The notes: generated from the letters alone by a model not told the origin. Shown: positions 25,176-34,968, counted from the stretch's first letter. The stretch is 63,761 nt of DNA from an uncultured Eubacteriales bacterium (GCA_934446095.1 CAKSDR010000002.1:1-63761); one strand, 5' to 3'. A program made the numbers and translations.

Positions 25176-27422
25176 CTAAAAATCAAATTTAACCTGAAGG
25201 GAATTTATGTCGAAACTCTCGTACAGGGTTCCTGTGCTTGGAAGTTTTTGCTTTCTGTATTTTGAAAATTTTTTCATTTCCTCGCTGCCGTCATCGGAAA
25301 ACAGCGATACGCTTGAAATTTTTTGCCCTTTTTTGATGGTGAAGACATAAACCCCTGATGAGGATTTTGTGCTTTTGTACGCCAGTTGATCGGAATTTAA
25401 TATTATTGCTTTTCCGACAGATGACAACAAAAGAAATTCGCGTGAAAATTTCCGTCCTTCCTTTTCCGGAACAAAGAATATTCCGGCAAGCGGGCTGTCA
25501 GAACTGTAGGCGTTTACAAGTTTTTTTCTGTTTGTTTTTGTCATGTAAGCATCAAGCGGTACCGCGACTGCTTTCCCGTTTTCAAAAAACAAAGCGATAT
25601 GCCCTTTGTAATCTTTCGTAGAAAGCATCATTTTTACTTTTTCATTTTCGTCAAAACCAAGTTTTGCGGGTATATAATCTCCGAGTTCCGAAGGCTTTAC
25701 GGAATCGAACTCGTAGACTTTTGCCTTATATACCTGACACTTGTCGGAAAAGAAGAGCACGTCGTAATCATTTTCCGCGTCTTGCTTTGAAACGATAAAA
25801 TCGTTTTCTTTAAGTTTTTGCTCCGATTTTATGGGAAGATTTCCCTTGTAGGGAATTATTTTTTTGAAATAGCCGTCGTTTGTATAAACGAGATTTACCG
25901 GATATGTTTCGATTTTTTCTTCAATTTCGGCTGCATCTTCCGTCTGATATATTATCATTGTTTTTCTGGGTTTTGCGTACTTCTTCTTTACATTTGCAAG
26001 TTGTTTTGCTATAATTTCGTGAACTTTTTTGTCAGAAGAAAGTTTATCTTTTGTGTCTTCGATGTCTTGTTCGAGTTTTTTGGTTTCCGCAGTTTTGTTT
26101 ATGATATATTCGCGGTTCAGATTTCTGAGTTTTATCTCGGCAATGTAATCTGCCTGAATTTCATCAATTTCAAATCCTGCCATGAGGTTTTTAACGACGT
26201 CTTTTTCGCTTTCGGTCTCACGTATTATCTTAACTGCCTTGTCAATGTCAAGTAGGAGTTTTGAAAGTCCGTAAAGAAGATGAAGTTTTTCGTTCATTCT
26301 GCCGAGTTCAAAAAACAGCTGACGCCTTAAGCACTCGGTTCTCCAGGCAATCCATTCGGTCAATATGTCGCGCACTCCGAGCGTTTTCGGATTGCCGCCT
26401 ATTAAAACGTTGAAGTTGCACGAGAAAATATCTTCAAGGGTGGTGAATTTGAAAAGTTTTGCCATGAGTTTTTCATAATCGGCGCCTCTTTTCAGATCAA
26501 TTGCTATTTTAAGGCCGTTAAGGTCGGTTTCGTCCCTGACGTCGGAAATTTCTTTTATTTTGCCTTCCTTTATAAGTTTTGCAATTTTGTCGATTATAAT
26601 TTCAACTTTTGTGGTATACGGAATTTCAGTAATTTCAATGCAGTTTGATTTTTTGTCGTAATTATACCGCGCGCGTATCTTTACTGAACCGTGACCGGTC
26701 GAATAAATTTGTTCCAGCTGCTCTTTGTTATATATATAAAGCCCGCCTGTAGAAAAATCCGGTGCTTTTACGATATCCGTAATATCAGCATCAGGGTTTT
26801 TCATAAGTTCCGTTGCGGCATCGCATATTTCGGCAAGATTAAATGAACAGATGTTGCTTGCCATGCCTACGGCAATTCCTATGTTTGGCGAAATGAGTAT
26901 GTTTGGAAAAGAAGTGGGAAAAAGCACAGGCTCTTTTAAAGTGCTGTCATAATTGTCAGTAAAGTCAACGGCGTCTTTGTCTATGCCGGAAAAAATTTCC
27001 TCGCAGAAAGGATCGAGTTTGCACTCTGTGTAACGGGAGGCGGCATACGCCATGTCGGAATATACTTTTCCAAACGAACCTTTGGAGTCAATAAACGGAT
27101 GAAGCAAAGCCTCGTTTCCCCTTGTAAGGCGGACAAGCGTTTCATAAATGGACGAATCTCCGTGGGGATTCAGTTTCATTGTTTGTCCGACAACATTTGC
27201 CGACTTTGTCTTGTCGCCGTTTATAAGCCCCATTTTATACATGGTATAAAGCAATTTCCTGTGGGCGGGTTTGAAGCCGTCAATTTCGGGAATTGCTCTC
27301 GATATTATTACGCTCATCGCATAAGGCATATAATTTACGCGCAGCGTATCTGTTATCGGCTGGTCGTTTATAACGGCAGTCACAGTATTTTCCGGTATTT
27401 TTGAAGATTTGTTTTTTCTCAT
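25176..27422 (-). CDS. parC: Type IIA DNA topoisomerase subunit A (ParC/GyrA-like; no GyrA-box seen)
   Basis: DGFKPAHRKLLYTM motif. Catalytic-Tyr motif AASRYTE. 748 aa. No QRRGGKG GyrA box recognised. Confidence 0.78.
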   Translation of the reverse strand: MRKNKSSKIPENTVTAVINDQPITDTLRVNYMPYAMSVIISRAIPEIDGFKPAHRKLLYTMYKMGLINGDKTKSANVVGQTMKLNPHGDSSIYETLVRLTRGNEALLHPFIDSKGSFGKVYSDMAYAASRYTECKLDPFCEEIFSGIDKDAVDFTDNYDSTLKEPVLFPTSFPNILISPNIGIAVGMASNICSFNLAEICDAATELMKNPDADITDIVKAPDFSTGGLYIYNKEQLEQIYSTGHGSVKIRARYNYDKKSNCIEITEIPYTTKVEIIIDKIAKLIKEGKIKEISDVRDETDLNGLKIAIDLKRGADYEKLMAKLFKFTTLEDIFSCNFNVLIGGNPKTLGVRDILTEWIAWRTECLRRQLFFELGRMNEKLHLLYGLSKLLLDIDKAVKIIRETESEKDVVKNLMAGFEIDEIQADYIAEIKLRNLNREYIINKTAETKKLEQDIEDTKDKLSSDKKVHEIIAKQLANVKKKYAKPRKTMIIYQTEDAAEIEEKIETYPVNLVYTNDGYFKKIIPYKGNLPIKSEQKLKENDFIVSKQDAENDYDVLFFSDKCQVYKAKVYEFDSVKPSELGDYIPAKLGFDENEKVKMMLSTKDYKGHIALFFENGKAVAVPLDAYMTKTNRKKLVNAYSSDSPLAGIFFVPEKEGRKFSREFLLLSSVGKAIILNSDQLAYKSTKSSSGVYVFTIKKGQKISSVSLFSDDGSEEMKKFSKYRKQKLPSTGTLYESFDINSLQVKFDF

Positions 27423-27454
27423 ATCGTTTTCCTTAGCGGTTTTTATATTTTAGA

Positions 27455-28540
27455 TCAGTTGTCAAATAGAGTGGCGTTTTGTTCAGATAAAGGCTCGCTT
27501 TCCGGAAATTTAATTCCGAGATGTTCATATGCTCTTTTTGTCGCGCATCTTCCTCTTGGAGTTCGGTTTAAAAATCCGAGCTGCAGAAGATACGGTTCAT
27601 AGACGTCTTCAAGCGTTATCGATTCTTCGCCTATTGTTGACGCAAGCGTTTCGATTCCGACAGGTCCGCCGCCGAAATAGTCTATAATTGCATGAAGCAT
27701 CCGCCTGTCAACAGCATCAAGACCGAGGCCGTCTATCTCGAGCAGTCCGAGCGCACCGTCCGCCATATCTTTTGTTATTGTTCCTTCGCCTTTTACCTGG
27801 GCATAGTCGCGTACTCTTTTTAAAAGCCTGTTTGCGATTCGCGGCGTTCCTCTTGAACGCAGGGCAATTTCATATGCTCCGTCTTTTTCTATGGGAATAC
27901 CGAGTATTGAAGCGCTTCGGGTTACAATTTCAGATAACTCTTCCGGCGAATAAAGTTCAAGCCTTAAAAGATGTCCGAATCTGTCGCGCAAAGGAGAGGT
28001 GAGCTGACCTGCTCTTGTCGTTGCTCCTATGAGCGTGAAATGGGGAAGAGGAAGACGTATGCTTCTTGCGGAAGGGCCCTTTCCCATAATTATATCAAGA
28101 TTAAAGTCTTCCATTGCCGGATAAAGTATTTCTTCAACCTGCCTCGGAAGTCTGTGAATTTCGTCTATAAAGAGAATATCGTTTTCTTTAAGGTTCGTAA
28201 GAAGCGCGGCAAGGTCGCCCTGCTTTTCGATAGCGGGTCCTGAGGTTATGCGGATGCCTGCTGACATTTCGGAGGCGATAATTGCCGCAAGTGTGGTTTT
28301 TCCGAGTCCGGGAGGACCGTGAAGCAATATATGGTCAAGACATTCGCCGCGCATTTTTGCTGCCTGCATTGAAATTGCAAGTTTTTCCTTTACGCGCAAC
28401 TGACCTATATATTCTTCAAGAGTTTTTGGACGCAGAGAAGTTTCGTTTTCCGTGTCTTCTTCAAGACTTCTTGAACTTATTATTCTGCTTTCAAAATCAA
28501 AATCTTCGTTGAAAGCGTCATCTTTACTGCTTTTTATCAA
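27455..28540 (-). CDS. ruvB: Holliday junction branch migration ATPase RuvB
   Basis: [26 protein letters not shown] and RTPRG motifs. Confidence 0.95.
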   Translation of the reverse strand: MIKSSKDDAFNEDFDFESRIISSRSLEEDTENETSLRPKTLEEYIGQLRVKEKLAISMQAAKMRGECLDHILLHGPPGLGKTTLAAIIASEMSAGIRITSGPAIEKQGDLAALLTNLKENDILFIDEIHRLPRQVEEILYPAMEDFNLDIIMGKGPSARSIRLPLPHFTLIGATTRAGQLTSPLRDRFGHLLRLELYSPEELSEIVTRSASILGIPIEKDGAYEIALRSRGTPRIANRLLKRVRDYAQVKGEGTITKDMADGALGLLEIDGLGLDAVDRRMLHAIIDYFGGGPVGIETLASTIGEESITLEDVYEPYLLQLGFLNRTPRGRCATKRAYEHLGIKFPESEPLSEQNATLFDN

Positions 28541-28571
28541 AGTGTTTTCTCCCTGATTTTATAAAATAATA

Positions 28572-29210
28572 TTATTTTACAAGTTTCTGAAGTGCAAGCC
28601 GTATCGTGTCTTCTATCCCATGATTTCCGGACACGGCTTTTACGGCTTTTGCAGCTTCTGCTTTTGTATATCCGAGAACCACAAGCGCGTTTACGGCTTC
28701 ATTAAGCGTTTCGCCTGATATAACTCTTTCGCTGCGGTTTTCTCCCGAGGCTTCGGGAATGTCGCTGCCAAGAGGCAGTTTTGCGATTTTATCCTTAAGT
28801 TCGATAATTATTTTTTGAGCGGTTTTGATTCCTATGCCGTTGGCCCTTGAAAGTTCCTTTGCGTCGCCGCAGGCGCAGGCAAGCGCAATTTCAGAAGGCG
28901 AAAAGTTTGAAAGAATTGAAATTGCGGCTTTCGGACCTACTCCCGAAACCGATATCAGAAGTTTGAAAACCGCGCACTCGTCTTTTGAACAAAATCCGTA
29001 CAACTCGGCGCAGTCTTCGCCTACCTTGTAAAAAGTATATAAAAGACAGTCGCTGTCCGAAAAGTTACCGGAGGCGTCTTTTATAAAATTTTCTGCGATA
29101 TATTCATATGTCATGCCTGAAATGAAGATGAGATATCCGACTCCTCCGCAGTCGATTACCGCATAGTCGGTCGTCAGTGCGGAGAGTTTTCCCCTGATAT
29201 AATAATACAT
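28572..29210 (-). CDS. ruvA: Holliday junction DNA helicase subunit RuvA
   Basis: MYYYIRGKL start with RBS AAGAGG 7 nt upstream. HhH motifs LISVSGVGPK and GIGIKTAQKII. The ORF-track extension to 29282 overlaps ruvC. Confidence 0.9.
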   Translation of the reverse strand: MYYYIRGKLSALTTDYAVIDCGGVGYLIFISGMTYEYIAENFIKDASGNFSDSDCLLYTFYKVGEDCAELYGFCSKDECAVFKLLISVSGVGPKAAISILSNFSPSEIALACACGDAKELSRANGIGIKTAQKIIIELKDKIAKLPLGSDIPEASGENRSERVISGETLNEAVNALVVLGYTKAEAAKAVKAVSGNHGIEDTIRLALQKLVK

Positions 29211-29220
29211 AATTACCTCT

Positions 29221-29727
29221 TTACCGGTTAAGTTTAAAAAGAATGGAAGAAGAACTGTATGCGTGGCATATTGCGGCGGCAAGTGCGTCGGCGGTGTCGT
29301 CGGGCTTTGGCGCTTTTTTGAGGCCGAGAAGTGTTTTTACCATTTCTATCATCTGGTGCTTTTCGGCTCTTCCGTAGCCGGTGACAGACTGCTTTATCTG
29401 AAGAGGGGTGTATTCATATATCGGAATTCCTCTTTTTGATGCGGCAAGCAGAATTACTCCTCTTGCCTGGCAGACATTTACGGCGGTTTTGGCGTTTGTG
29501 TTGAAGAATAATTCTTCTATAGACAAAGCATCCGGACGGAATTTGTCGCAAAGTTCGCATATGCCTTCATATATCTCACAAAGACGGTTTTCGGTTTTTT
29601 GATGGGCCTTTGTCGTTACGGCTCCGTATTCAATTACCCGAAAGTCGTTTGCGCCGAATTTTCCCCCGTATTCAACGACTCCGAAACCGACTATCGCATA
29701 TCCCGGGTCTATGCCCAAAATAACCAT
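29221..29727 (-). CDS. ruvC: Crossover junction endodeoxyribonuclease RuvC
   Basis: ILGIDPG start. Catalytic acidic residues in DPG..., E (IEELF) and DDTADALA motifs. 168 aa. Confidence 0.9.
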   Translation of the reverse strand: MVILGIDPGYAIVGFGVVEYGGKFGANDFRVIEYGAVTTKAHQKTENRLCEIYEGICELCDKFRPDALSIEELFFNTNAKTAVNVCQARGVILLAASKRGIPIYEYTPLQIKQSVTGYGRAEKHQMIEMVKTLLGLKKAPKPDDTADALAAAICHAYSSSSILFKLNR

Positions 29728-29765
29728 AAGATATATTTCTCCAATATAAAAAAATATTTCATTAA

Positions 29766-29794
29766 ATTATATCACAATATGCAGTCTTTGTCAA
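29766..29794 (-). promoter_or_regulatory. Consensus sigma-A promoter of the ruvC-led gene string
   Basis: On the minus strand: TTGACA, 17 nt, TATAAT, with extended -10 (TGATATAAT). Confidence 0.6.
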
Positions 29795-29852
29795 AAATAT
29801 TTTTAAATTTTAAATCATTTGCAAATAATTTTTTTTACATGGTAAAAATATG

Positions 29853-29881
29853 TTGAAAAAATCGGGAATAAAGGGTATAAT
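29853..29881 (+). promoter_or_regulatory. Sigma-A type promoter of the DUF1858-trmK-nif3-rqcH string
   Basis: TTGAAA, 17 nt, TATAAT. Confidence 0.55.
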
Positions 29882-29913
29882 AACAGTGTAAAAATAAAAA
29901 GGAGGCGGCATAT

Positions 29914-30117
29914 ATGACGCAGATTACAAAACAAACAATAATCGGAGATATCCTTGACGCGGATAAGGAGTGTTCGAAATTCTTTCTTGAAATAGGCATG
30001 CATTGTCTTGGCTGCCCTTCGGCAAGAGGAGAAACTGTTGAGCAGGCATGCGAAGTTCACGGAGTTGACGCCGACGAACTTGTTGAGAAGATAAATGACT
30101 ATCTTGCAGGAAAATAA
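29914..30117 (+). CDS. DUF1858 domain protein (hybrid-cluster-protein-associated redox disulfide domain)
   Basis: 67 aa. TIIGDIL......FFLE.GMHCLGCP.A..ETVEQAC.VHGVD...L motif. Confidence 0.75.
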   Translation: MTQITKQTIIGDILDADKECSKFFLEIGMHCLGCPSARGETVEQACEVHGVDADELVEKINDYLAGK

Positions 30118-30868
30118 GTTTTATTTAAAAGACCTCGGTAAAAGGCTTTCGCTTATAGCGGAAACTGTAAGCGAAAAACTTTGCGGCGAGGACGAAGACA
30201 CAAAACTTGTTGCTGCAGACGTCGGCACAGACCATGCAAAACTGCCGGTTTTTCTGATAAAAACCGGCATCTGTGTGCGCGTTATCGCATCAGATATAAA
30301 TAAAGGTCCCTGTGAAATTGCAAGAAGAAACGTGGAAGGTGAAAAACTTTCCGAATACATTGACGTTATACATACGGACGGCCTTTCCGGATTTGAAAGG
30401 TATAATTTAAACAGAGTTGTAATTGCAGGCATGGGCGGAGAACTTATTGCTAAAATATTGGATAACGCCGGCCTTTGCGACAAGGAAAAAATCAAATTTG
30501 TATTGCAGCCGCAGAGTCACAGTGATGTCCTGCGGCAATATTTGTTTGAAAACGGATATTGCATTGTACAAGAAAAATATGTATGTGAAAAAGGCAAGGA
30601 TTATTGCATAATCTCAGCGACGTTTGACGGAATAAAAAGGCGCGGCAGTCTTATTGAAATATATTTCGGGGATATTTTGCGGTGCAAGGATGATCCTGTA
30701 TTTTCAAGAATGTTTGAAAAAAAGTATAAAAATTTGGAAAAAATAATACCCGTAAGAAAAAAGTCCGCGGAATATGAACAAAACGAGGTTTTTCTAAGAG
30801 AGGAAAAACTGTTTTGCGAAATGAAAAAATATTTAAAAAGGGCTGATCAAAATGACGAAAATATGTGA
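30095..30868 (+). CDS. trmK: tRNA (adenine22-N1)-methyltransferase TrmK
   Basis: LGKRLSLIAE..., DVGTDHAKLPVFL and VIAGMGGELI motifs. Followed by a Nif3 gene, as in B. subtilis yqfN-yqfO. Confidence 0.8.
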   Translation: MTILQENKFYLKDLGKRLSLIAETVSEKLCGEDEDTKLVAADVGTDHAKLPVFLIKTGICVRVIASDINKGPCEIARRNVEGEKLSEYIDVIHTDGLSGFERYNLNRVVIAGMGGELIAKILDNAGLCDKEKIKFVLQPQSHSDVLRQYLFENGYCIVQEKYVCEKGKDYCIISATFDGIKRRGSLIEIYFGDILRCKDDPVFSRMFEKKYKNLEKIIPVRKKSAEYEQNEVFLREEKLFCEMKKYLKRADQNDENM

Positions 30869-31625
30869 TATTTATAATTATATTGAAACTTTTGCGAAAA
30901 GCGAATTCCGTGAGGATTTTGACAATGACGGAATTATGCTTTGCAAAAATGCAAGCAGTCCGGTAAAGACGGCTGTCGTATGTCTTGAAATAAATGAGCA
31001 GTGTATCGACTTTGCGTCAGAAAATAAGGCGCAGCTTATAATTACGCACCACCCATATATTTTCAGACCCCTGAAACACATTACGGGAACAGAATATTCG
31101 AACACCGAAAAACTCATGAAAAACGATATCTCGGTAATCTCTTTCCATACAAGGCTTGATTGTGCGCAGGGAGGGGTAAATGACGCTCTTGCGGCATCGC
31201 TTTGCCTTTCGGATGTTATGGGTTTTGCCGGAAAGACCGGACATCTCGGCAGAATCGGAAAAACCGACCGGGAATACAGTCCCTTGGAATTTGCGGAATT
31301 TATTAAGGAAAAACTTTCGTGCGGCGCTGTAAGGGCGGCTTTCCCGGACAAAAACATGAAAATAAAAACAGCGGCGGTGCTGGGAGGGGCCGGAAAAGAT
31401 TATATAATCGAGGCAAAAATTTCGGGAGCCGACGCATATGTTACAGCGGACCTTTCGCATAATTCTTTTATTGACGCAAAAAATCTGGGGCTTGCGATAT
31501 TTGACGCAGGACACTATTATACGGAAAATGTTATAGTTGATGCGCTGATGAAAAAAATCGGCGGAAATTTTTCCGGGGTGAATTTTTTGAGTTTTGATGT
31601 GAAGAGTCCCTATATTAATATTTAA
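30852..31625 (+). CDS. Nif3-family dinuclear metal-centre protein (YqfO-like)
   Basis: LIITHHPYIFRPLK and FHTRLD motifs. C-terminal DAGHY. Confidence 0.85.
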   Translation: MTKICDIYNYIETFAKSEFREDFDNDGIMLCKNASSPVKTAVVCLEINEQCIDFASENKAQLIITHHPYIFRPLKHITGTEYSNTEKLMKNDISVISFHTRLDCAQGGVNDALAASLCLSDVMGFAGKTGHLGRIGKTDREYSPLEFAEFIKEKLSCGAVRAAFPDKNMKIKTAAVLGGAGKDYIIEAKISGADAYVTADLSHNSFIDAKNLGLAIFDAGHYYTENVIVDALMKKIGGNFSGVNFLSFDVKSPYINI

Positions 31626-31636
31626 CGGAGAGAAAA

Positions 31637-33445
31637 ATGCCATTTGATGCAGGTATGACAAGCGCTGTTGTAAAAGAACTTCAAGGCGGTTTTGTCGGTT
31701 CAAAAATTGAAAAAGTTTATCAGCCGGAAAAAGATGAAATCATAATCGCAGCCAAAAACGGAAAGGAAACATATAAACTTTTGCTTTCGGCAAAGTCGGG
31801 TTCCTCAAGAATAGGACTTACCGAACTTGAAAGAAAAAATCCCCAAACGCCTTTTACGTTCTGCATGCTTTTAAGAAAGCATATTTCCGGAGGCGTAATA
31901 GGTGCTGTGCGCCAGCTGGGATTTGAAAGAGCGGTTGAAGTGGAAATAAATTCGTATGATGAGATGGGATTTGTTTCGAAAAAATATCTTATAGCGGAAA
32001 TTACCGGCAGGTACAGCAATGTTATTTTTTGCAAAGATGATAAAAAGGTAATATCGGCAATAAGGCTTTCACATGGACTTTCGGATGAAAAAAGACCTCT
32101 TTTATGCGGCTTTAAATATGAGAAACTTCCCATTCCGGAGGGCAAGGCTGACCCCATGAGCGAAACAAAAGCCGGTTTTTTAAAAAGATTTACGGATTTT
32201 ATGAACAATATGGGAGGAGAATATCCTTGTGAAAAATATTTTCTTTCATCATATTCCGGAATTTCTCCGCTTATCTCAAGAGAAATCTGTTACAGGACTT
32301 CGAAAAACCATGCCGTTTTGATGTCAGAGGTTTCGGCAGACAATCTGTTTTTGAATTTTGAATCGATTTATGCGCCGGTCAGAAACGGAAATTTTGTCCC
32401 GTATATTATATATGATAAGGAAAAAAATCCGATAGAATACAGTTTTTGCGAAATTTTGCAGTACGGAAGTATGTGTGTTGCCGAAAAGCAGGAAAGTTTT
32501 TCAAAAATGCTTGACAGATTTTACGGCGAGCGCGAAAGGGCAGAAAGAATAAAGGCGAAGTCGCAGGATATTCTTAAACTTTTAACGTCTGCCTCTTCAA
32601 GAATTGCGAAAAAGACGGAACTTCAGAAAAACGATCTTATTCAGTGCCGAAGCAAGGAAAAGTATAAAAAATACGGGGACCTTATACAGTCCAATATTTA
32701 TATGCTTAAAAAGGGAATGACAAAGGTTGATGTTATCGATTATACCGATGAGAACATGCCGCATGTGCAGATAAATCTTGAAGTAAACCTTACTCCGTCG
32801 CAGAATGCGCAGAAATATTACAAAAAATACAATAAATTAAAGTCCGCCGAAGAAAATCTCGGCCGCGAAATAAAAAATTCCGAGAATGAGCAAAAATATA
32901 TTGATACGGTTTTTGACAGTCTTACGAAAGCGCAGAACGAGAATGACCTTTCGGAGATCCGTGAGGAACTTGTGAACTGCGGATATGGGAAAAAACTTGA
33001 GTCGCTTTCGGGCAGAAACAAAAATTTTAAGAACAACAAAAACAAAGTTTCAAAGAGAGTTTTTGCACCGCTGAAATTTAAAACAAGCGGAAATGTTAAG
33101 GTTTTGTGCGGCAAGAATAATCTTCAGAATGATTATATAACGTTGACAAAAGCGTCAAAGGACGATTACTGGTTTCATGTAAAAGGCATGCCGGGTTCGC
33201 ATGTTATAATGATGTGCGGAAAAAGCGAGCCGGACGCACAGGACTTTACCGAATGCGCCATGATTGCAGCGTACTATTCTTCGGGAAGGAATACTCCGGG
33301 TGTTGCGGTTGATTACACAAAAGTAAGAAACATAAAAAAGCCTTCCGGAGCAAAACCGGGATTTGTGACGTATGAAACAAATTATACGGCGTATGTTACG
33401 GCAGATGAAAAAACCGTGTCGGCGCTTGCAGACACGGAAACTTAA
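31637..33445 (+). CDS. rqcH: NFACT-family ribosome quality control protein RqcH (FbpA-like)
   Basis: MPFDAGMTSAVVKEL N-terminus (NFACT-N). Coiled-coil middle region. C-terminal DUF814 motif WFHVKGMPGSHVIM. Confidence 0.85.
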   Translation: MPFDAGMTSAVVKELQGGFVGSKIEKVYQPEKDEIIIAAKNGKETYKLLLSAKSGSSRIGLTELERKNPQTPFTFCMLLRKHISGGVIGAVRQLGFERAVEVEINSYDEMGFVSKKYLIAEITGRYSNVIFCKDDKKVISAIRLSHGLSDEKRPLLCGFKYEKLPIPEGKADPMSETKAGFLKRFTDFMNNMGGEYPCEKYFLSSYSGISPLISREICYRTSKNHAVLMSEVSADNLFLNFESIYAPVRNGNFVPYIIYDKEKNPIEYSFCEILQYGSMCVAEKQESFSKMLDRFYGERERAERIKAKSQDILKLLTSASSRIAKKTELQKNDLIQCRSKEKYKKYGDLIQSNIYMLKKGMTKVDVIDYTDENMPHVQINLEVNLTPSQNAQKYYKKYNKLKSAEENLGREIKNSENEQKYIDTVFDSLTKAQNENDLSEIREELVNCGYGKKLESLSGRNKNFKNNKNKVSKRVFAPLKFKTSGNVKVLCGKNNLQNDYITLTKASKDDYWFHVKGMPGSHVIMMCGKSEPDAQDFTECAMIAAYYSSGRNTPGVAVDYTKVRNIKKPSGAKPGFVTYETNYTAYVTADEKTVSALADTET

Positions 33446-33476
33446 AAAGCGGCGGAGAACTCTCCGCCGCTTTTTA
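33446..33476. terminator. Bidirectional intrinsic terminator (rqcH / SLH protein, convergent)
   Basis: Stem GCGGCGGAG / CTCCGCCGC, 4-nt loop. Flanked by AAAAA and TTTTT. Confidence 0.8.
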
Positions 33477-33486
33477 ATATTAAATT

Positions 33487-34785
33487 TTAAGAAGGTAATA
33501 TTTGAAACTTTGCATTGTCAAGGTAGTCTTTTACGTTGCACAAAAGCTGCGCGCATTGCGCTTTTGTCAAATATTCGTTTGGAAGGATATATCCGTATCC
33601 GGTTCCGCTTATAATATTGTTGTAACATAAAGCGGACATGGATTTTTTCACCTGTTCGGAGCAATCGGAATTGTCAAGGAATGTTTTCGTGACAACCGGT
33701 GTTTTTATATTAAGAAGGTTTTCAAGAATCACGCATGCCTGCGCCCTTGTTATATTTTCCGATGAACAAAAAGATATTTTGTCTCCTTCCCGATATCCGC
33801 TTACAATATTATGCTCAAGAGCGTATTTTGCATACCCTTTTATATTGTAAGGTATTTCGGAATCGTCCGAGAAGTTTGTTGTGTAGACATTTTCTACTGA
33901 ATCTTCAAGACCTGCGACTATCATTGCCATGGCAAGAAAATCTCCTCTTGAAACGGGCTTTTCCGGGCAAAAGCAAAGATCACCGTCTTTTATCTCGCCG
34001 CCCATAAGGCCCATTGCCGACATTTCAAGCGCGCTGTTGCAGCTCCAGTGATTCTTGAGGTCCGAATAGTTGACGGTATTTAAAGATTCGTTCACGTTTA
34101 TTGTTACTTTCGCGGTTTCGGAAATGTTGCCGTAATCATCTGTAACAAAATAACTGAAATAATCTCTTCCGGTAAAATTATTGTTCGGAGTGTACACAAA
34201 GCAGCCGGAAAAACTGTCTTTAAGTCTTACCGTGCCGTTATCCGGCTGCCGTACAATTTCAAATGTCAGCCCGTCGCCTTCAGGATCTGCGCCTTTTAAA
34301 AATTTTGTAACCGAAATATTTTTCGATGTGGAAAACTCGGCACGCATGGCAGAGGGGGAGAAGTTTCCGTTTTCAAACATATTAATCGTGCATAACGCTT
34401 CCGGGACAGATTTGTCGGAAGGGTTTGAAAAGGTAAATTTTGCAGAAGAATCGCTTTTGTAGTTTGGGCAATAGTTTAAAGACGAAATGTCTTTTTTGCA
34501 TATAATCTGTCCTTTTTTTACTTCCATGCCGGAAAGTTTTAAGATTCCGGACGATTTGTCCGGCAAAGAATTTATTTGTATATAGTCAAACTCTCCCAGA
34601 ATTTTTGCAAAATCATCTTCGGAAAAGTATACGTCGCAGTTTACGGTTCCGCATTTTTTGAGTTCGATTTTCCTTCTTATTATGTCCATACCCGTGGAAA
34701 GTCCGTAATCGGCAGATGATGCGTAAAAAGATAAAACAATTGAAAAGACAAGTATCGGAATCGAAAAAAATATTGTTTTTTTCAT
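33487..34785 (-). CDS. Secreted wall-anchored protein: Ig/cadherin-like domain plus three C-terminal SLH repeats
   Basis: Signal peptide MKKTIFFSIPILVFSIVLSFYASSA, with RBS TAAGGAG. ADPEGDGLTFEIV.QP.NGTV....G.F.YTPN..F.G.D.F.Y.V.D is a cadherin-like motif. Three SLH-like repeats are present (FSDDSEIP...ITRAQACVIL and others). Confidence 0.78.
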   Translation of the reverse strand: MKKTIFFSIPILVFSIVLSFYASSADYGLSTGMDIIRRKIELKKCGTVNCDVYFSEDDFAKILGEFDYIQINSLPDKSSGILKLSGMEVKKGQIICKKDISSLNYCPNYKSDSSAKFTFSNPSDKSVPEALCTINMFENGNFSPSAMRAEFSTSKNISVTKFLKGADPEGDGLTFEIVRQPDNGTVRLKDSFSGCFVYTPNNNFTGRDYFSYFVTDDYGNISETAKVTINVNESLNTVNYSDLKNHWSCNSALEMSAMGLMGGEIKDGDLCFCPEKPVSRGDFLAMAMIVAGLEDSVENVYTTNFSDDSEIPYNIKGYAKYALEHNIVSGYREGDKISFCSSENITRAQACVILENLLNIKTPVVTKTFLDNSDCSEQVKKSMSALCYNNIISGTGYGYILPNEYLTKAQCAQLLCNVKDYLDNAKFQILPS

Positions 34786-34939
34786 ATAAAACACTCCTTA
34801 ATTATAATGTAATTTTTCCTGCAGAAATATTTTTTCCCGTAAAATTTTAAATATTCCAAAATGGATTTATTCAATATGTATAATTTTGGGGTACGGTTTT
34901 TGTGCAAAAGCAAAAAATAAAAAATATGTCTAATTTTAC

Positions 34940-34968
34940 TTGATGAATAAAAAAATAAATGATATAAT
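34940..34968 (+). promoter_or_regulatory. Sigma-A type promoter upstream of the OppA-like gene; leaves a ~150-nt leader
   Basis: TTGATG, 17 nt, TATAAT. Confidence 0.5.

Noticed and set aside
29221-29727. RuvC in a Firmicute as an oddity, since Bacilli use RecU.
   Set aside because: The RecU-for-RuvC replacement is a feature of Bacilli and Mollicutes. To my knowledge many Clostridia carry ruvC next to ruvAB, so this is probably normal for the lineage.
29728-29913. Possible replication origin. Gene orientation switches here (minus-strand string to the left, plus-strand string to the right), the spacer is AT-rich, and the window holds many genes that are oriC-proximal in Bacillus (parB, rsmA, tilS-ftsH, gdpP-rplI-dnaB, alr).
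   Set aside because: I found no DnaA boxes (TTATCCACA or its complement); the nearest is TTATATCACA. There is no dnaA/dnaN. The spacer is fully explained by two back-to-back consensus sigma-A promoters (29766-29794 and 29853-29881). Gene orientation switches again several times further right.
31017-31703. 228-aa ORF antisense to the Nif3 gene. Similar long shadow ORFs lie at 3397-3939, 12812-13327, 13673-14269, 30878-31357, 49936-50598 and 55196-55708.
   Set aside because: All lie fully inside or across well-supported conserved genes. They have no RBS and have skewed low-complexity composition (rich in F/S/I/R/K). They are typical shadow ORFs of low-GC coding DNA.
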